Positions 31,924 through 41,852 of a stretch of 64,000 nucleotides of DNA are shown piece after piece. This DNA comes from Candidatus Thalassarchaeaceae archaeon (lineage in GTDB: Archaea; Thermoplasmatota; Poseidoniia; Poseidoniales; Thalassarchaeaceae). Made by a program: the position numbers and the translations under genes. The notes below the pieces were generated by a model that was not told the DNA's origin, searched no databases, and was given only the letters and a program-made list of their open reading frames with translations. The DNA lies in NCBI GenBank assembly GCA_029250605.1, contig JAQXEZ010000006.1, positions 11,535-75,534 of the forward strand, written 5' to 3'. Position 1 is the stretch's first letter. Each line of letters starts with the position of its first letter.

Positions 31924-34626
31924 ATGGTAGAGGACTCCGAGGATTTCCTTTACCTCGATGACGAGGAAGGAGACGACTCTTCGAAAAAGTCTGCATCTAG
32001 GAAAATTTCACTCCCCAAAATAGCAATCCCGAAGAGGAATACGACAAGAAATGACCACCCCTCCAGCCCTCAGGTCGTAGATGCTCCAGACTCTGAGGTC
32101 ATTGAGATCTCATTGGATGGCATTTTCCAGTTCGACTGGGGGATCAGGGGTATGGATTGTCCCGATTGTGCAATGAAGGCATCACGAGCAGTCAATCGTC
32201 TACCAGGCATCCAGTCTTGTAGGATCTCAGTTGCTGAGGGTACGGTTGAGATTTCCCAGGACATTTCTGATGGAGCGGTTTCCCGAGCCTCTTCAGTCCT
32301 CACTAGCCTAGGCCATGAACCAGACATAGGGTGGATGAGGGCGGTTGGAGCGAACCCCGAAAGAATAGCTCTGAGCCTAGGAGTAGACAACAGGGGCTTG
32401 AGGAACTCTATACTCAGCATCCCTGGGACCTTGGACGCAAGAATCGACAAGGGGCACATCGATGTCCAGCAGGTTTGGATTTCCGATCCGAAACTAAGGG
32501 CGGCATCTGAGCAGAAGATGTCCGAGGTACTTGGAGAAGGGCATAGACTGTCACCAGTTATTGAATCTGGGTTCAGGAAGGACCAGATCCAACTCCTTGC
32601 AGCGGTTCTGACAATCCCCCTAATCATGCTCGTTGCCTTCGTAGAGTCATCCGAGCAGATTCCCTCAGTAGTGGCTTGGGCCCTAGCACTCGTAGGTGTA
32701 GCCTTTGCAGGAAACCAATTGTTCCAGGAAGCCATAGCCGGACTGAAAAATCGTGTTGTCGGATTCCAGGTTCTAACATCTCTGGCAGTATTAGGTGCAA
32801 TTGCACTTGGTGAGCTGATAGAGGCCCTGATGGTAGTCTCTCTCGTCGCATTCGCATCCCATCTCGAGAACAGGGCATTGATTAGAGCGAGACTATCAAT
32901 GCAAGGGGGACTTGACAGACTCCCACGGAGAGCAAGAGTAGTCTCCAATGACAAACCCTTGGAGATGGGGGGGATCAGATCTCTCAATGTGATCAACACC
33001 GTCCCCTTGGATCCATCCTCTGCCAGAGACTGTGACAACGACCTAGTTCCCGTCGAAGCACTAGAGGTAGGAGAGATGATCGAGGTAAGATCTGGAGAGA
33101 CAGTTCCCGTAGATGGAGTAATCGTAGAAGGAACTGGCGCAATAGACAGGGCACCTCTGACTGGAGAACCAATCCCCATTCCAGTAAAGGTAGGAGATAG
33201 GGTAGAGGCCGGCCTGGTTTTGGCTCGCGGACCTCTCGTCATCAAGTCAGAGGCTACTGGTGATGGCACCAGGCTTTCCAGTTTGATAGACCTAGTTAGA
33301 CATTACAAGGACCAACCAACAAGGACACAGAGTGTAATTGAGAGGTTCACTCTGGTTTGGACTCCTCTTGTCGTATTAGCATCCCCGATTATCGGATTCT
33401 TGTTCACCAATTCTACTGAACAGGCAATTCTGACAACCTTGCTCCTCTGGGTAGTTTCATGCCCTTGCTCTCTCCTACTAGCTTCCCCTGTTCCCCACGC
33501 AGCCGCACTTACTGCTGCCTCTGGTTTCGGATTGATAGCCAGGGGAGGGGATGTTCTAGAATCAGCAGCAGAGGTAAAAATCGCCTTATTGGACAAGACT
33601 GGGACACTTACCAGTGGAAGACCCACAATCTCAGGAATCTCAGTCGCTGAGGGGGTGGACGAATCCAGAGTTCTGAGAATTGCAGCGGGATTGGAGGCTC
33701 GCTCCAACCACCCCTATGCAAGGACGATTATCCAGGAGGCCGAGGGTCGCTCTCTGAATCCAATGAGTGTTACTCAGATCAAGGATGGAGATGCCGGAGT
33801 TATTGGGGTTCACAGGGGCGATTCTGTGATGCTGGGCAGAGCTGACTGGCTTCGCTCACAGGAAGTATCCATCCCAAATGAAATCGAGGAGGCACTAGAA
33901 GACTCCAGGAAAGCAGGAAAGGGCGCAAGCATCCTTTCTGTAGGCGGCTCAGCCGTTGCGGCGATTTCATTCGCTCACGACGATGCCAGAGAAGGAGTCC
34001 TGGATACGGTCAACGAACTGGGTTCCTATGGCGTCAAGGTTGAGATTCTCAGTGGCGACGAGCAGGCAAGTGTCGAGGCCTTCGCTATGGAGATAGGAAT
34101 TGACCCATCACTCTGCAAAGGGGGAGTCGATCCAGAGGGCAAGGCAGAATACGTAACTAAAATCTCCTCAGAGAACCGGACAATGATGGCTGGAGACGGT
34201 TTCAATGACGCCGGTGCGCTTGCGGCAGCTGACATAGGAGTGGCAGTGGGAAGCGGAGACCAGGTCAACCTAGACGCCGCGGATGTCCTAATTCCCGGAC
34301 AGGACCCCAGAGTACTGTCTAGGATGGTGGGACTAGCAAAGAGAACCCGACGAATCGTGTATGCCAACATAGCCATCTCTGTGATAGTCACAATGATTCT
34401 AGTCACTGCAGTTTTGGCGGGCTTCGAGATGAATTTGGCTGCTGGCATAGCCCTTCACGAGGCGAGTGCAATAATCATCATCCTGAACGGAATGTGGGTA
34501 TCTGGAACTGGGACTCAGAGACTATCCTCACTAGTCGACCTAGCTAGGGATATTTTCTCTGATCTCACAGAGATTTGGGCTATTTTGTCTAATAAGAATG
34601 GCGAAGACAGCTCAGCGACCGCTTGA
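31924..34626 (+). CDS. Heavy-metal-translocating P1B-type ATPase
   Basis: HMA domain GMDCPDCAMKASRAV, TM CPC motif VVSCPCSLLLASP, DKTGTLT, GDGFNDAGALAAADIGVAVG. Metal specificity is not assignable by eye. Confidence 0.9.
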   Translation: MVEDSEDFLYLDDEEGDDSSKKSASRKISLPKIAIPKRNTTRNDHPSSPQVVDAPDSEVIEISLDGIFQFDWGIRGMDCPDCAMKASRAVNRLPGIQSCRISVAEGTVEISQDISDGAVSRASSVLTSLGHEPDIGWMRAVGANPERIALSLGVDNRGLRNSILSIPGTLDARIDKGHIDVQQVWISDPKLRAASEQKMSEVLGEGHRLSPVIESGFRKDQIQLLAAVLTIPLIMLVAFVESSEQIPSVVAWALALVGVAFAGNQLFQEAIAGLKNRVVGFQVLTSLAVLGAIALGELIEALMVVSLVAFASHLENRALIRARLSMQGGLDRLPRRARVVSNDKPLEMGGIRSLNVINTVPLDPSSARDCDNDLVPVEALEVGEMIEVRSGETVPVDGVIVEGTGAIDRAPLTGEPIPIPVKVGDRVEAGLVLARGPLVIKSEATGDGTRLSSLIDLVRHYKDQPTRTQSVIERFTLVWTPLVVLASPIIGFLFTNSTEQAILTTLLLWVVSCPCSLLLASPVPHAAALTAASGFGLIARGGDVLESAAEVKIALLDKTGTLTSGRPTISGISVAEGVDESRVLRIAAGLEARSNHPYARTIIQEAEGRSLNPMSVTQIKDGDAGVIGVHRGDSVMLGRADWLRSQEVSIPNEIEEALEDSRKAGKGASILSVGGSAVAAISFAHDDAREGVLDTVNELGSYGVKVEILSGDEQASVEAFAMEIGIDPSLCKGGVDPEGKAEYVTKISSENRTMMAGDGFNDAGALAAADIGVAVGSGDQVNLDAADVLIPGQDPRVLSRMVGLAKRTRRIVYANIAISVIVTMILVTAVLAGFEMNLAAGIALHEASAIIIILNGMWVSGTGTQRLSSLVDLARDIFSDLTEIWAILSNKNGEDSSATA

Positions 34627-34630
34627 TTAA

Positions 34631-35041
34631 GTGGTATTATTTCCCGATTACATGGCACCTCCCGACGTCGAGTCCAGGGTAGCACCCCCTTTGGTCAACT
34701 GCGCCCAGTGTGAGGGGATGCTCCCCCAAGGACTAGGGGAAATCGAATGCGCACTCTGCGGGGCTCTGTGCCGAGTCTCCCACCAACCAACCGTGATTGC
34801 CCTCAAAGAGGAGAAGGTCCAGTGTCCTCATTGCATGACAGCAGTCGAAGCAGGTACCGAAAAGAGGCCAGTAGAACTGTCTTGTGGAGCCTGCTCAGGA
34901 ATTTTCACACTAACTAGAAAGACAGTCAAGGTAGAGGTTCAATGCCCTTCCTGCGAAGCAAATCTGAGAATCAGACCTAGACCAGGGAAGAGGGAATTGT
35001 CGTGCCCGGGGTGCCAGAACGCTTTCTTCGTGACATTCTAG
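34631..35041 (+). CDS. Triple zinc-ribbon protein (six CxxC pairs)
   Basis: CAQC...CALC, CPHC...CGAC and CPSC...CPGC form three repeated ribbon units. It starts 4 nt after the ATPase stop (GTG 34631; ATG 34652). Confidence 0.65.
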   Translation: MVLFPDYMAPPDVESRVAPPLVNCAQCEGMLPQGLGEIECALCGALCRVSHQPTVIALKEEKVQCPHCMTAVEAGTEKRPVELSCGACSGIFTLTRKTVKVEVQCPSCEANLRIRPRPGKRELSCPGCQNAFFVTF

Positions 35042-35096
35042 ATCCGAGAAGCCAATAGCCGTTAGAAACTGGCATTTCTAGTCATTTTCAACCCTC

Positions 35097-36236
35097 TTGT
35101 CTCAAATACCCCAAAAAGGGCGTCGAATCGGGGATGGGCACGTGAGTGAGAGCAAGCCGGCAGACTCGAGCGAGTCAGAGGGTTTGGACGAACTAGATGC
35201 TCTGAGAGCAGAGCATGCACTATCCTCCACAGCAATGGGGGCTGCAGCAAGAGCCCGAGAAAGACTGGATGAAGAGTCAACACTCCGCTCCGGGATCAGG
35301 AGAGAGAGGAGGATGAGAATTTCTGAGATGACGGACAGAGTCTCGGGGATGCAAGGCGCAATGAGGAAGGCTAACGAGATTCTATTCGAAGAGCAATTAC
35401 AGCAGATTGAGGCTGACCTCAGGGACGAGTTGGAGGATGAACTAGAGAGACTAGAGAAGGAGGCATTGGAGAGGGAGGAGAGACTCCTCAGGGAAGAAAT
35501 GCTGCATCGCCTTCGCAGAGAGGAGAACAGACTTCGCGATCAACTAGATCTAGAGAGGGATAGAAGGACTGAGGCCCATTCATCACGGATCAGAGACAGG
35601 CTCAGAGGGGAAATGGAAGTCGAGTTCACTCGACGGAAAGCGTTCCTCGAGGAGAGGCTAGAGCTGGAGGCCAACCAGGGAATGGAGAGAATGGAACGCA
35701 GGGTTGAGATGGATCTCCGAGAAGCAATGGAGTCTGAGGTCCATCGAAAGGCCGAGGCATTTAGGCTAGAGCAGGAAATTAAGATGCGAGACAGCATTGC
35801 CAAGAAGAGGCGGAAGCATGAGGCAAAGATGGAGAAGCAGCTTGAGAGCGAAAGAGAGTCCCTCGAGAAGGAATTGAAATCCGACATCAATGTCAGGACC
35901 AAGGCGCTGCAGGAAGAATCCGAAAGAGCATCCATCGGAGATCTTGACCGGAGGTTTAGGGCTGAGAAGGAGAGTATGGAGGCAGCACTAGGCCTCAGAA
36001 GACAAGAACTGGCTCTAGAGAGCGAGGTCGAGATGGAGCAGAGAGTTGCCGATTTCGTCAAGGAGAGGGAGTCGGAGATGATGTCAAACCTGGAGAAGCA
36101 GATGTCGAAGAGAGGAGACATGTCAAAGAAGGACATCAAGGAGATGCTCAAGACTCTGGAATCGGAAATCCGACTAAAGATGGAGACAGCCCTTCTTGAC
36201 GCAAGGCATAGGGTGATGGACCAATCCGGCTCATAG
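35097..36236 (+). CDS. Glu/Arg/Lys-rich coiled-coil protein
   Basis: More than 300 residues of uninterrupted charged heptad-like sequence (ELERLEKEALEREERLLREEMLHRLRREENRLRDQLDLERDRR...). The start is uncertain (TTG 35097, GTG 35142). Confidence 0.55.
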   Translation: MSQIPQKGRRIGDGHVSESKPADSSESEGLDELDALRAEHALSSTAMGAAARARERLDEESTLRSGIRRERRMRISEMTDRVSGMQGAMRKANEILFEEQLQQIEADLRDELEDELERLEKEALEREERLLREEMLHRLRREENRLRDQLDLERDRRTEAHSSRIRDRLRGEMEVEFTRRKAFLEERLELEANQGMERMERRVEMDLREAMESEVHRKAEAFRLEQEIKMRDSIAKKRRKHEAKMEKQLESERESLEKELKSDINVRTKALQEESERASIGDLDRRFRAEKESMEAALGLRRQELALESEVEMEQRVADFVKERESEMMSNLEKQMSKRGDMSKKDIKEMLKTLESEIRLKMETALLDARHRVMDQSGS

Positions 36237-36241
36237 TAGCC

Positions 36242-37144
36242 CTATGGTTCAGTAATTGCCCTAATTCTCTCATCCGCTTCTCTAGCAAACTCCCAGTATG
36301 ATTGACTAGCGGGATTTGACTTGTTTGGCTTCTGTGCAATTACTATGGGGGCACCCTCCAGGGGAGACTCTGCTATGGCTACTGATCTGGGAATCTGCGA
36401 GTCAAAGACCCTGTCTCCGAAGTGCTTTCGAGCATGCTCGGTTACCGTTTCGCATAACTTGCTCCTCGATTGGACCATAGTCATCAGAATTCCCAACAGG
36501 CCCAGACCGGGATTCACCGATTTCTGCACCTCTCTAATTGAGGAGATCAGTTGACCCATACCTTCCAATGCATAGAACTCGGCTTGGATGGGGATCAAGA
36601 TACAGTCTGCAGCACATAGGGAATTTACAGTAAGCAGACCAAGAGAGGGGGGAGTGTCGATAATTATCACATCGAAATTCTCTTCTGCCTCGAGAAGGGC
36701 TAGTTTGAGCCTATTTTCCCTGCCAACCCTTGTCGCTAGGTCAACTTCGATTCCAGACAGATCCAGATCTGCTGGGAGGATCCACAGGTTTCGGATTCCA
36801 ATGTGCTTGGGGGGTCCCCTCGACTTCTCCGGGTTGTTCTTCTTCCATGCAGATTTCATCGATCTTGAGAGTAGATCCGGCCCAAGTATACAATCCTCCA
36901 GTTTTAGAGAGTGATCGTCTAACCCCCGAGAGAACAACTCGTTCATTGTAGGGCCAACGCTCCTCTTGTCAATACCGAAGGTCGTTGCTACGTTTCCCTT
37001 TGGATCCATATCCACTAGCAAGACCTTTCTACTTCGGATTCCGTAATCTTCACTCCCCAATGCCAGAGAAGAGGCCAGATTAACTGCAGTGGTTGTTCGA
37101 GAACAACCGCCTTTGTGATTCACACAGGCTATCACCACCGCCAT
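36242..37144 (-). CDS. ParA/MinD-family paralog with an atypical Walker A (KGGCSRTT)
   Basis: MAVVIACVNHKGGCSRTTTAVNLA (nt 37091-37114, checked codon by codon). The P-loop GK[ST] Lys is replaced by Arg. DMDPKGN and VIIIDTPPSLG are conserved. Confidence 0.8.
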   Translation of the reverse strand: MAVVIACVNHKGGCSRTTTAVNLASSLALGSEDYGIRSRKVLLVDMDPKGNVATTFGIDKRSVGPTMNELFSRGLDDHSLKLEDCILGPDLLSRSMKSAWKKNNPEKSRGPPKHIGIRNLWILPADLDLSGIEVDLATRVGRENRLKLALLEAEENFDVIIIDTPPSLGLLTVNSLCAADCILIPIQAEFYALEGMGQLISSIREVQKSVNPGLGLLGILMTMVQSRSKLCETVTEHARKHFGDRVFDSQIPRSVAIAESPLEGAPIVIAQKPNKSNPASQSYWEFAREADERIRAITEP

Positions 37145-37182
37145 GTGGGTGACTATGGCATTCGGTTAATTGGGATTCCCGA

Positions 37183-38169
37183 TTACTGTATTACTGGGAC
37201 GTTAACTTCACTGAGGATCTTATTCACGATCCTCCTTCCTGTTACCCCTCTAATCTTCGACTCAGGCTTGAGTACAATCCTGTGACTGACCACATCCAGA
37301 GCGACTCCCTTCACGTCATCAGGTATCACGTAGTCCCTTCCATCAATTGCGGCAGATGCTCTTGATGCTTTGAAAAGACCCTGGCTAGCCCTAGGTGAAG
37401 CTCCGGCCTCTATCCTTGGATCCGCCCGGGTCCTCTGAACGACTTGAACGATGTATCCTAGGATACCCGGATCGATGTGAACGGTCTCCAGGGCCTTCTG
37501 CATCGCCACAACCTTTCGAGGCTCGACGATCTGTTCAACATCGTAGGAGTCCTTACCTCGTAGCTTCCTTCGCTGCAATATCGCCTTCTCTTCATCCATC
37601 GACGGGTATCCCATACTCATCTTCATGAGGAATCGGTCCATCTGAGCCTCGGGGAGAGGATAGGTCCCCTCCTGCTCAATTGGGTTCTGTGTTGCCATTG
37701 TTACGAATGGTGCAGGGAGTTTGTGCGTTATACCCTCAATTGTTACTTGTTTCTCCTCCATAGCCTCGAGGAGAGCGGCCTGAGTCTTCGGAGGGGCTCT
37801 GTTAATCTCGTCTGCTAGGAGTATGTTGGTGAATAGTGGACCGAACCTAGGCCTGAACTCCCCAGTCTTCTGGTCATACATGTAAGTCCCGATGATATCC
37901 GCGGGAAGAAGATCAGGAGTGAACTGAACTCTCTTGAACTTGCAACCCAGTGCTTCAGCGAAAGTATTCGACATCAGAGTCTTTGCCAGGCCTGGATTGT
38001 CTTCAATCAGGATGTTCCCGTTCGCCAGAATTCCAATTGCAACCTTTCGGATGTTTTCCGGCTTGCCAATAATGACCTTCGCAACCTCGCTCATGAGATT
38101 GTTAGCATGCCCTGAGACCGATCTAATGAGGTCCTTCGAGCTAGAACCACCACCCTGAGCAATCGTCAC
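37183..38169 (-). CDS. MoxR-family AAA+ ATPase
   Basis: ILIEDNPGLAKT (Walker A), ILLADEINRAPPKTQAALLEAMEE (Walker B/sensor), ATQNPIEQEGTYPLPEAQMDRF. This is the AAA_3/MoxR layout. Confidence 0.85.
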   Translation of the reverse strand: MTIAQGGGSSSKDLIRSVSGHANNLMSEVAKVIIGKPENIRKVAIGILANGNILIEDNPGLAKTLMSNTFAEALGCKFKRVQFTPDLLPADIIGTYMYDQKTGEFRPRFGPLFTNILLADEINRAPPKTQAALLEAMEEKQVTIEGITHKLPAPFVTMATQNPIEQEGTYPLPEAQMDRFLMKMSMGYPSMDEEKAILQRRKLRGKDSYDVEQIVEPRKVVAMQKALETVHIDPGILGYIVQVVQRTRADPRIEAGASPRASQGLFKASRASAAIDGRDYVIPDDVKGVALDVVSHRIVLKPESKIRGVTGRRIVNKILSEVNVPVIQ

Positions 38170-38247
38170 ACTGAACCCTCTTGTCTCCTAGGCCGATTCC
38201 ATGAGTACTTGAGTGTTAGGTGCCTTTGCACATCCGATAATCTTGTC

Positions 38248-40071
38248 TTATCTGCCCCAGAAGTGGTCGTCCTTCCTGTGAACCGCCAGCAACTCCTCGT
38301 AGACATCCCTCTCCATGGAGGTCATCTCCATCTTCCTTAGTTTCCTAGCATGAGATTCCGGAATGTCAACCAGGAGGACGTCTCCCTCGTCAATCTGCCT
38401 TCCGACGGTAACCCCATCAACCGAAATTGCCACCTCTGCACCCTGCTTTGCTTCCTTTAGGCTCTCTTGTCCCGATCTGATGGATTTTATTCGGCCTACC
38501 TTTACTCCATCTTTGAGAAGACCTTGCCCAATGTGTATTCTTCCACCGAGAACCCTTACCCCAACAACAGCCGGTTTCGAGATTCTGAATGTATGATCGG
38601 GGAGGAGCATAATTCTGCCAGGATATACCACCAATTCTCTTCTCTCTTCTTCAAGTTCAGATTTCCTGGCTTCTACCCATTCTTCTCGTTCTTCCAGAAT
38701 TCTGTAGATAATGTCGGATCCAATGTGCTTTACTCCGGCTTCGGAGGCTGCTACTTCTTCCTCCGCCTCTTCAAGAATCTCTGTGCTGAATGCCATAATC
38801 AATCGGTTTAGTGGATCTGAAGATGCCTCAGCGCTACGAACATCCCTGCGGCTGACCTTACCAATGGATGCCTCCCTAATTGGCACTCCTATCTCCCTGA
38901 GCTCCTTTGCCAGGGCCTCGAGACCTCCAACCGTGTCCGACTTGATGCAGACGCCTTCTTCTTCGAGCTCAATCGAGAGGTTCGCCTCCTCGTCCGCTGC
39001 TGCCATTGCATCATCCCTCTCTTCGTCGGATGAAACTACTCTAAGCGTGGTTCCTACCAGGACTCCCTCCAAGGAGGGTGCGCTAATCTTGATTCCAGCA
39101 GCGGCGTAAGCAGCCTCTGAGTTATCCCATCTGTCACCGGCATCTCGCATTTCACTCATACCTCTTGGCGAGAAGAGGCCCTTCACATGGGTGCTAATCC
39201 CTCCCCTATCACCGACTAGGACTATCTCATCCCCCTTGCGGATAGAACCCCTATGGAGGATCAGGTCCAGCGTCTTACCAAGCCCCCTCTCCTCCTTCAT
39301 CTCCAATACGGTCGCTTCCCCAGAACCGTCAACATCTGTCAACTGATCAGATAGGTATCGTTCTGCTAGACCTATTACAACCGCTAGCAGGTCCTGAATC
39401 CCCTCTCCTTCCCTAGCAGAAACTGGAACCATTGCTATCTCCTTAGTGAAGTCCTTGATTCTCTCATACCTTTCTAGGTTGAAGCCTTCCTCGGCAAACT
39501 GACCTACGAGTTCCCAGTATTTCTGATCGAATAGGCCCTTTACCTCCTTCGTCTGATCCCTCATCGAGATGGCCATCGACCTACCTTCTTGGCACTGCCA
39601 TCCATGGATCCTGTCGACCTTGTTTCCAGCGACAACGAAAGGGGTCTTCGATTGCTTCAGGATTCTCAGTGATTCTCTAGTTTGAGGTCTGCAACCTTCC
39701 ATCACATCAACAATTAGAATCGCAATATCTGCGAGAGAGCCTCCTCGAGCACGTAGCGAGGAGAAGGAATGGTGACCCGGAGTATCAATGAAGAGGAGGC
39801 CTGGTGAGTCGAATGTTTTCCCCCCTAATAGAGGCGCACACAAGTCATTCAGGATTTCCGACGGAACCTCGGTTGCTCCGATATGCTGGGTGATGCCCCC
39901 AGCCTCCCTGTCCATCACCGAGGAGCGACCCTGCTCCCCTAGGGATCTCACGTGATCTAGCAAGGATGTCTTTCCATGGTCAACATGACCTAGGACAGCG
40001 ACGATGGGTTGTCTACGTTCTGACATTTCTCCCACCTCATGCTCCTTCCCCTTCAGAATTGATTTACTCAC
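38248..40071 (-). CDS. infB: Translation initiation factor aIF5B (IF2 homologue)
   Basis: [30 protein letters not shown] 40071 overlaps the ndk stop (GTGA). An alternative ATG lies at 40026. Confidence 0.9.
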   Translation of the reverse strand: MSKSILKGKEHEVGEMSERRQPIVAVLGHVDHGKTSLLDHVRSLGEQGRSSVMDREAGGITQHIGATEVPSEILNDLCAPLLGGKTFDSPGLLFIDTPGHHSFSSLRARGGSLADIAILIVDVMEGCRPQTRESLRILKQSKTPFVVAGNKVDRIHGWQCQEGRSMAISMRDQTKEVKGLFDQKYWELVGQFAEEGFNLERYERIKDFTKEIAMVPVSAREGEGIQDLLAVVIGLAERYLSDQLTDVDGSGEATVLEMKEERGLGKTLDLILHRGSIRKGDEIVLVGDRGGISTHVKGLFSPRGMSEMRDAGDRWDNSEAAYAAAGIKISAPSLEGVLVGTTLRVVSSDEERDDAMAAADEEANLSIELEEEGVCIKSDTVGGLEALAKELREIGVPIREASIGKVSRRDVRSAEASSDPLNRLIMAFSTEILEEAEEEVAASEAGVKHIGSDIIYRILEEREEWVEARKSELEEERRELVVYPGRIMLLPDHTFRISKPAVVGVRVLGGRIHIGQGLLKDGVKVGRIKSIRSGQESLKEAKQGAEVAISVDGVTVGRQIDEGDVLLVDIPESHARKLRKMEMTSMERDVYEELLAVHRKDDHFWGR

Positions 40072-40523
40072 TCGTAGATGTGCGCCTCTGCGTCACGGGT
40101 CCAGTCGACAAGCCCATCTGGGAACCACAACCCCAACTCGAAGGCGGCCGTGTCCTCCCCATCAGAGCCATGAATCACATTGTGACCGATGTCCATCGCG
40201 AAGTCCCCTCTTATGGTCCCAGGGGCGGCAGTAAGACCGTCGGTAGGCCCGATTATGTTGCGAGCCACGCTGATTGCGTCGACCCCGGTCCATGCCATTG
40301 CTACTACAGGGCCGGATGTGATGAACTCGATGAGGCCAGCGTAGAAGGGACGCTCGTTGTGAACCTCATAGTGCGCTTCTGCTAACTCCATAGGAGGGGT
40401 CAGCTGCCTCAGTCCGACTAGTCGAAGGCCCTTTGTCTCGAATCTGCCAATAATTTCGGCTACCAAGCCTCTCTGTACGCCATCAGGTTTGATCATCACG
40501 AAGGTTGTCTGCATTTCTCCCAT
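40068..40523 (-). CDS. ndk: Nucleoside diphosphate kinase
   Basis: [30 protein letters not shown] (catalytic His). Confidence 0.9.
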   Translation of the reverse strand: MGEMQTTFVMIKPDGVQRGLVAEIIGRFETKGLRLVGLRQLTPPMELAEAHYEVHNERPFYAGLIEFITSGPVVAMAWTGVDAISVARNIIGPTDGLTAAPGTIRGDFAMDIGHNVIHGSDGEDTAAFELGLWFPDGLVDWTRDAEAHIYE

Positions 40524-40604
40524 GTCCCGGTCGAAACACCCTCCCTATTTCAACGAAGTCACCAGAGCAAATGCTTGATGAGCCTAGTATCAAGTCGGAA
40601 TGCC

Positions 40605-41063
40605 ATGAAAATGCAAATACCGTTACTTTTGACGATTTGTCTGTTGCTGCCAGGATGCGTGGATAGCGTAAATGATACAGTGAACCCAGAAAGAGAACTC
40701 TTCGATGACAACACATTCGTCAACGAGGACGAGCACATCAAGCTAACTTGGACAATCGAATCAACATCTACCATTAGGATCGCCTTGGAAAAGCAGGAGG
40801 GCCCGAACATCGACCTCTACACCATGACCGAGGTGAATTACCAGAAGTACGAGGATTGCGACAGCTTCGTCTATCTTGCTGACCTCAGTGATCCAAACAC
40901 CGATGCGGCAAGCCTGGAGGCCACCATCGACGCTGGGACGTACGTCACCGTAATCGACAATACAGACTGCGGAGATGCCCAACCTCCCGGACCACAGGGC
41001 CCCCTCGGAACCAATGATGCGAACGACAGGGCAAGGGTAGACTACAGGATAACTGCTCAGTGA
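40605..41063 (+). CDS. Small secreted lipoprotein, unknown function
   Basis: MKMQIPLLLTICLLLPGCVDS (signal plus lipobox). Acidic mature part. Start at ATG 40605 or 40611. Confidence 0.55.
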   Translation: MKMQIPLLLTICLLLPGCVDSVNDTVNPERELFDDNTFVNEDEHIKLTWTIESTSTIRIALEKQEGPNIDLYTMTEVNYQKYEDCDSFVYLADLSDPNTDAASLEATIDAGTYVTVIDNTDCGDAQPPGPQGPLGTNDANDRARVDYRITAQ

Positions 41064-41074
41064 CGTAGGCAGAC

Positions 41075-41085
41075 TTATTTTTTCT
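41075..41085 (+). terminator. Oligo-T archaeal-type terminator
   Basis: TTATTTTTTCT lies 12 nt after the lipoprotein stop codon. Confidence 0.35.
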
Positions 41086-41102
41086 CCCAGACATGGGGAA
41101 AC

Positions 41103-41387
41103 ATGGTAGTACAACTTCTCGAGGTGTTCTGCTGCTTACTGGATGTCTTCTTCGCCGGGGCCGCCGGTGCGGGCGCATTACCTGCATTCGGTGAATCGAA
41201 AGCCCCTGTCACCCTTTCAAACCATCAGAGGAGCAAGAAGTGCGAATTTGACAGTTGCCGAACCCTCACATTTAGGTCGACTGATTACTGTTGGAAGCAT
41301 CAGGATGGGAAACCTCACGAGTCCGATGGCCCTGCTACAATTCCAACTAATGGGGAAGCTTCCTGGTGGGAGCCGAAAGACGAGTAA
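41103..41387 (+). CDS. Doubtful small protein with a C-x4-C-x11-C-x2-H motif
   Basis: KKCEFDSCRTLTFRSTDYCWKHQ resembles a treble-clef zinc motif. The N-terminal half is hydrophobic. No other support. Confidence 0.25.
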   Translation: MVVQLLEVFCCLLDVFFAGAAGAGALPAFGESKAPVTLSNHQRSKKCEFDSCRTLTFRSTDYCWKHQDGKPHESDGPATIPTNGEASWWEPKDE

Positions 41388-41396
41388 TCCTCGAGA

Positions 41397-41597
41397 TTAA
41401 TTGATGCCGCCCTTCTCGTAGCGACGAGTCCACTTCAGTCGCCTAGCGTTCCTCTTCAGCTTGAGCATGTTCTTGCGGGACTTGCTGTCCTTGAACCAGT
41501 AGACCGAACCATCCCTCTTGACGAACATCATGCCAGTACCGGGCTCAATCTCCTCGTTTGTGAAACTGCAAATCCGCTGCTCTGGCATCATAATCAC
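41397..41597 (-). CDS. rpl24e: Ribosomal protein eL24 (L24e)
   Basis: [34 protein letters not shown]. Confidence 0.9.
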   Translation of the reverse strand: MIMMPEQRICSFTNEEIEPGTGMMFVKRDGSVYWFKDSKSRKNMLKLKRNARRLKWTRRYEKGGIN

Positions 41598-41836
41598 CTG
41601 GAGCCTATCCTTCTCGCCTCTCGACCCGTATCTCTGAGCATTAGGATGTCTCCACCATCCCCAGTCACAGGATCAGGTCCTCGAACAGGACCTAGTACGT
41701 TCCTTGTGATGATTCTTCCAACGTCTCTCGGGTTGTCAGAGTCTAGCACTCTTACCTTGACCTGCATCGCCTCTCCAGTTAGGCCTGTTCTGCCTACTAT
41801 CTCGACAACTTCAGCGGGCCATGCTTCGGTTGCCAT
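41594..41836 (-). CDS. rps28e: Ribosomal protein eS28 (S28e), with a short insertion
   Basis: [24 protein letters not shown] ... [10 protein letters not shown] ... [13 protein letters not shown]. An extra GPDPVTGDG-like segment precedes the GDIL motif. Confidence 0.85.
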   Translation of the reverse strand: MATEAWPAEVVEIVGRTGLTGEAMQVKVRVLDSDNPRDVGRIITRNVLGPVRGPDPVTGDGGDILMLRDTGREARRIGSR

Positions 41837-41852
41837 CCTTCAAACCTCCAAA

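Noticed and set aside
32070-33269. 399-aa ORF antisense to the P-type ATPase gene. Similar long antisense ORFs lie at 26093-26938, 27002-27814, 23589-24272, 12396-13100, 35540-36151, 5438-6025 and 7046-7534.
   Set aside because: All are Ser/Thr/Pro/Leu-rich low-complexity translations, lying opposite genes with clear family motifs. That is the composition expected from reading GAN/GGN/GAR-rich coding sequence backwards. No motifs were recognised.
31924-34626. Assigning a specific metal (Cu vs Zn/Cd) to the P1B ATPase.
   Set aside because: The CPC motif and a CxxC HMA domain are compatible with several subgroups. The TM7/8 signature I read (HEASAIIIILNG) does not let me decide by eye.
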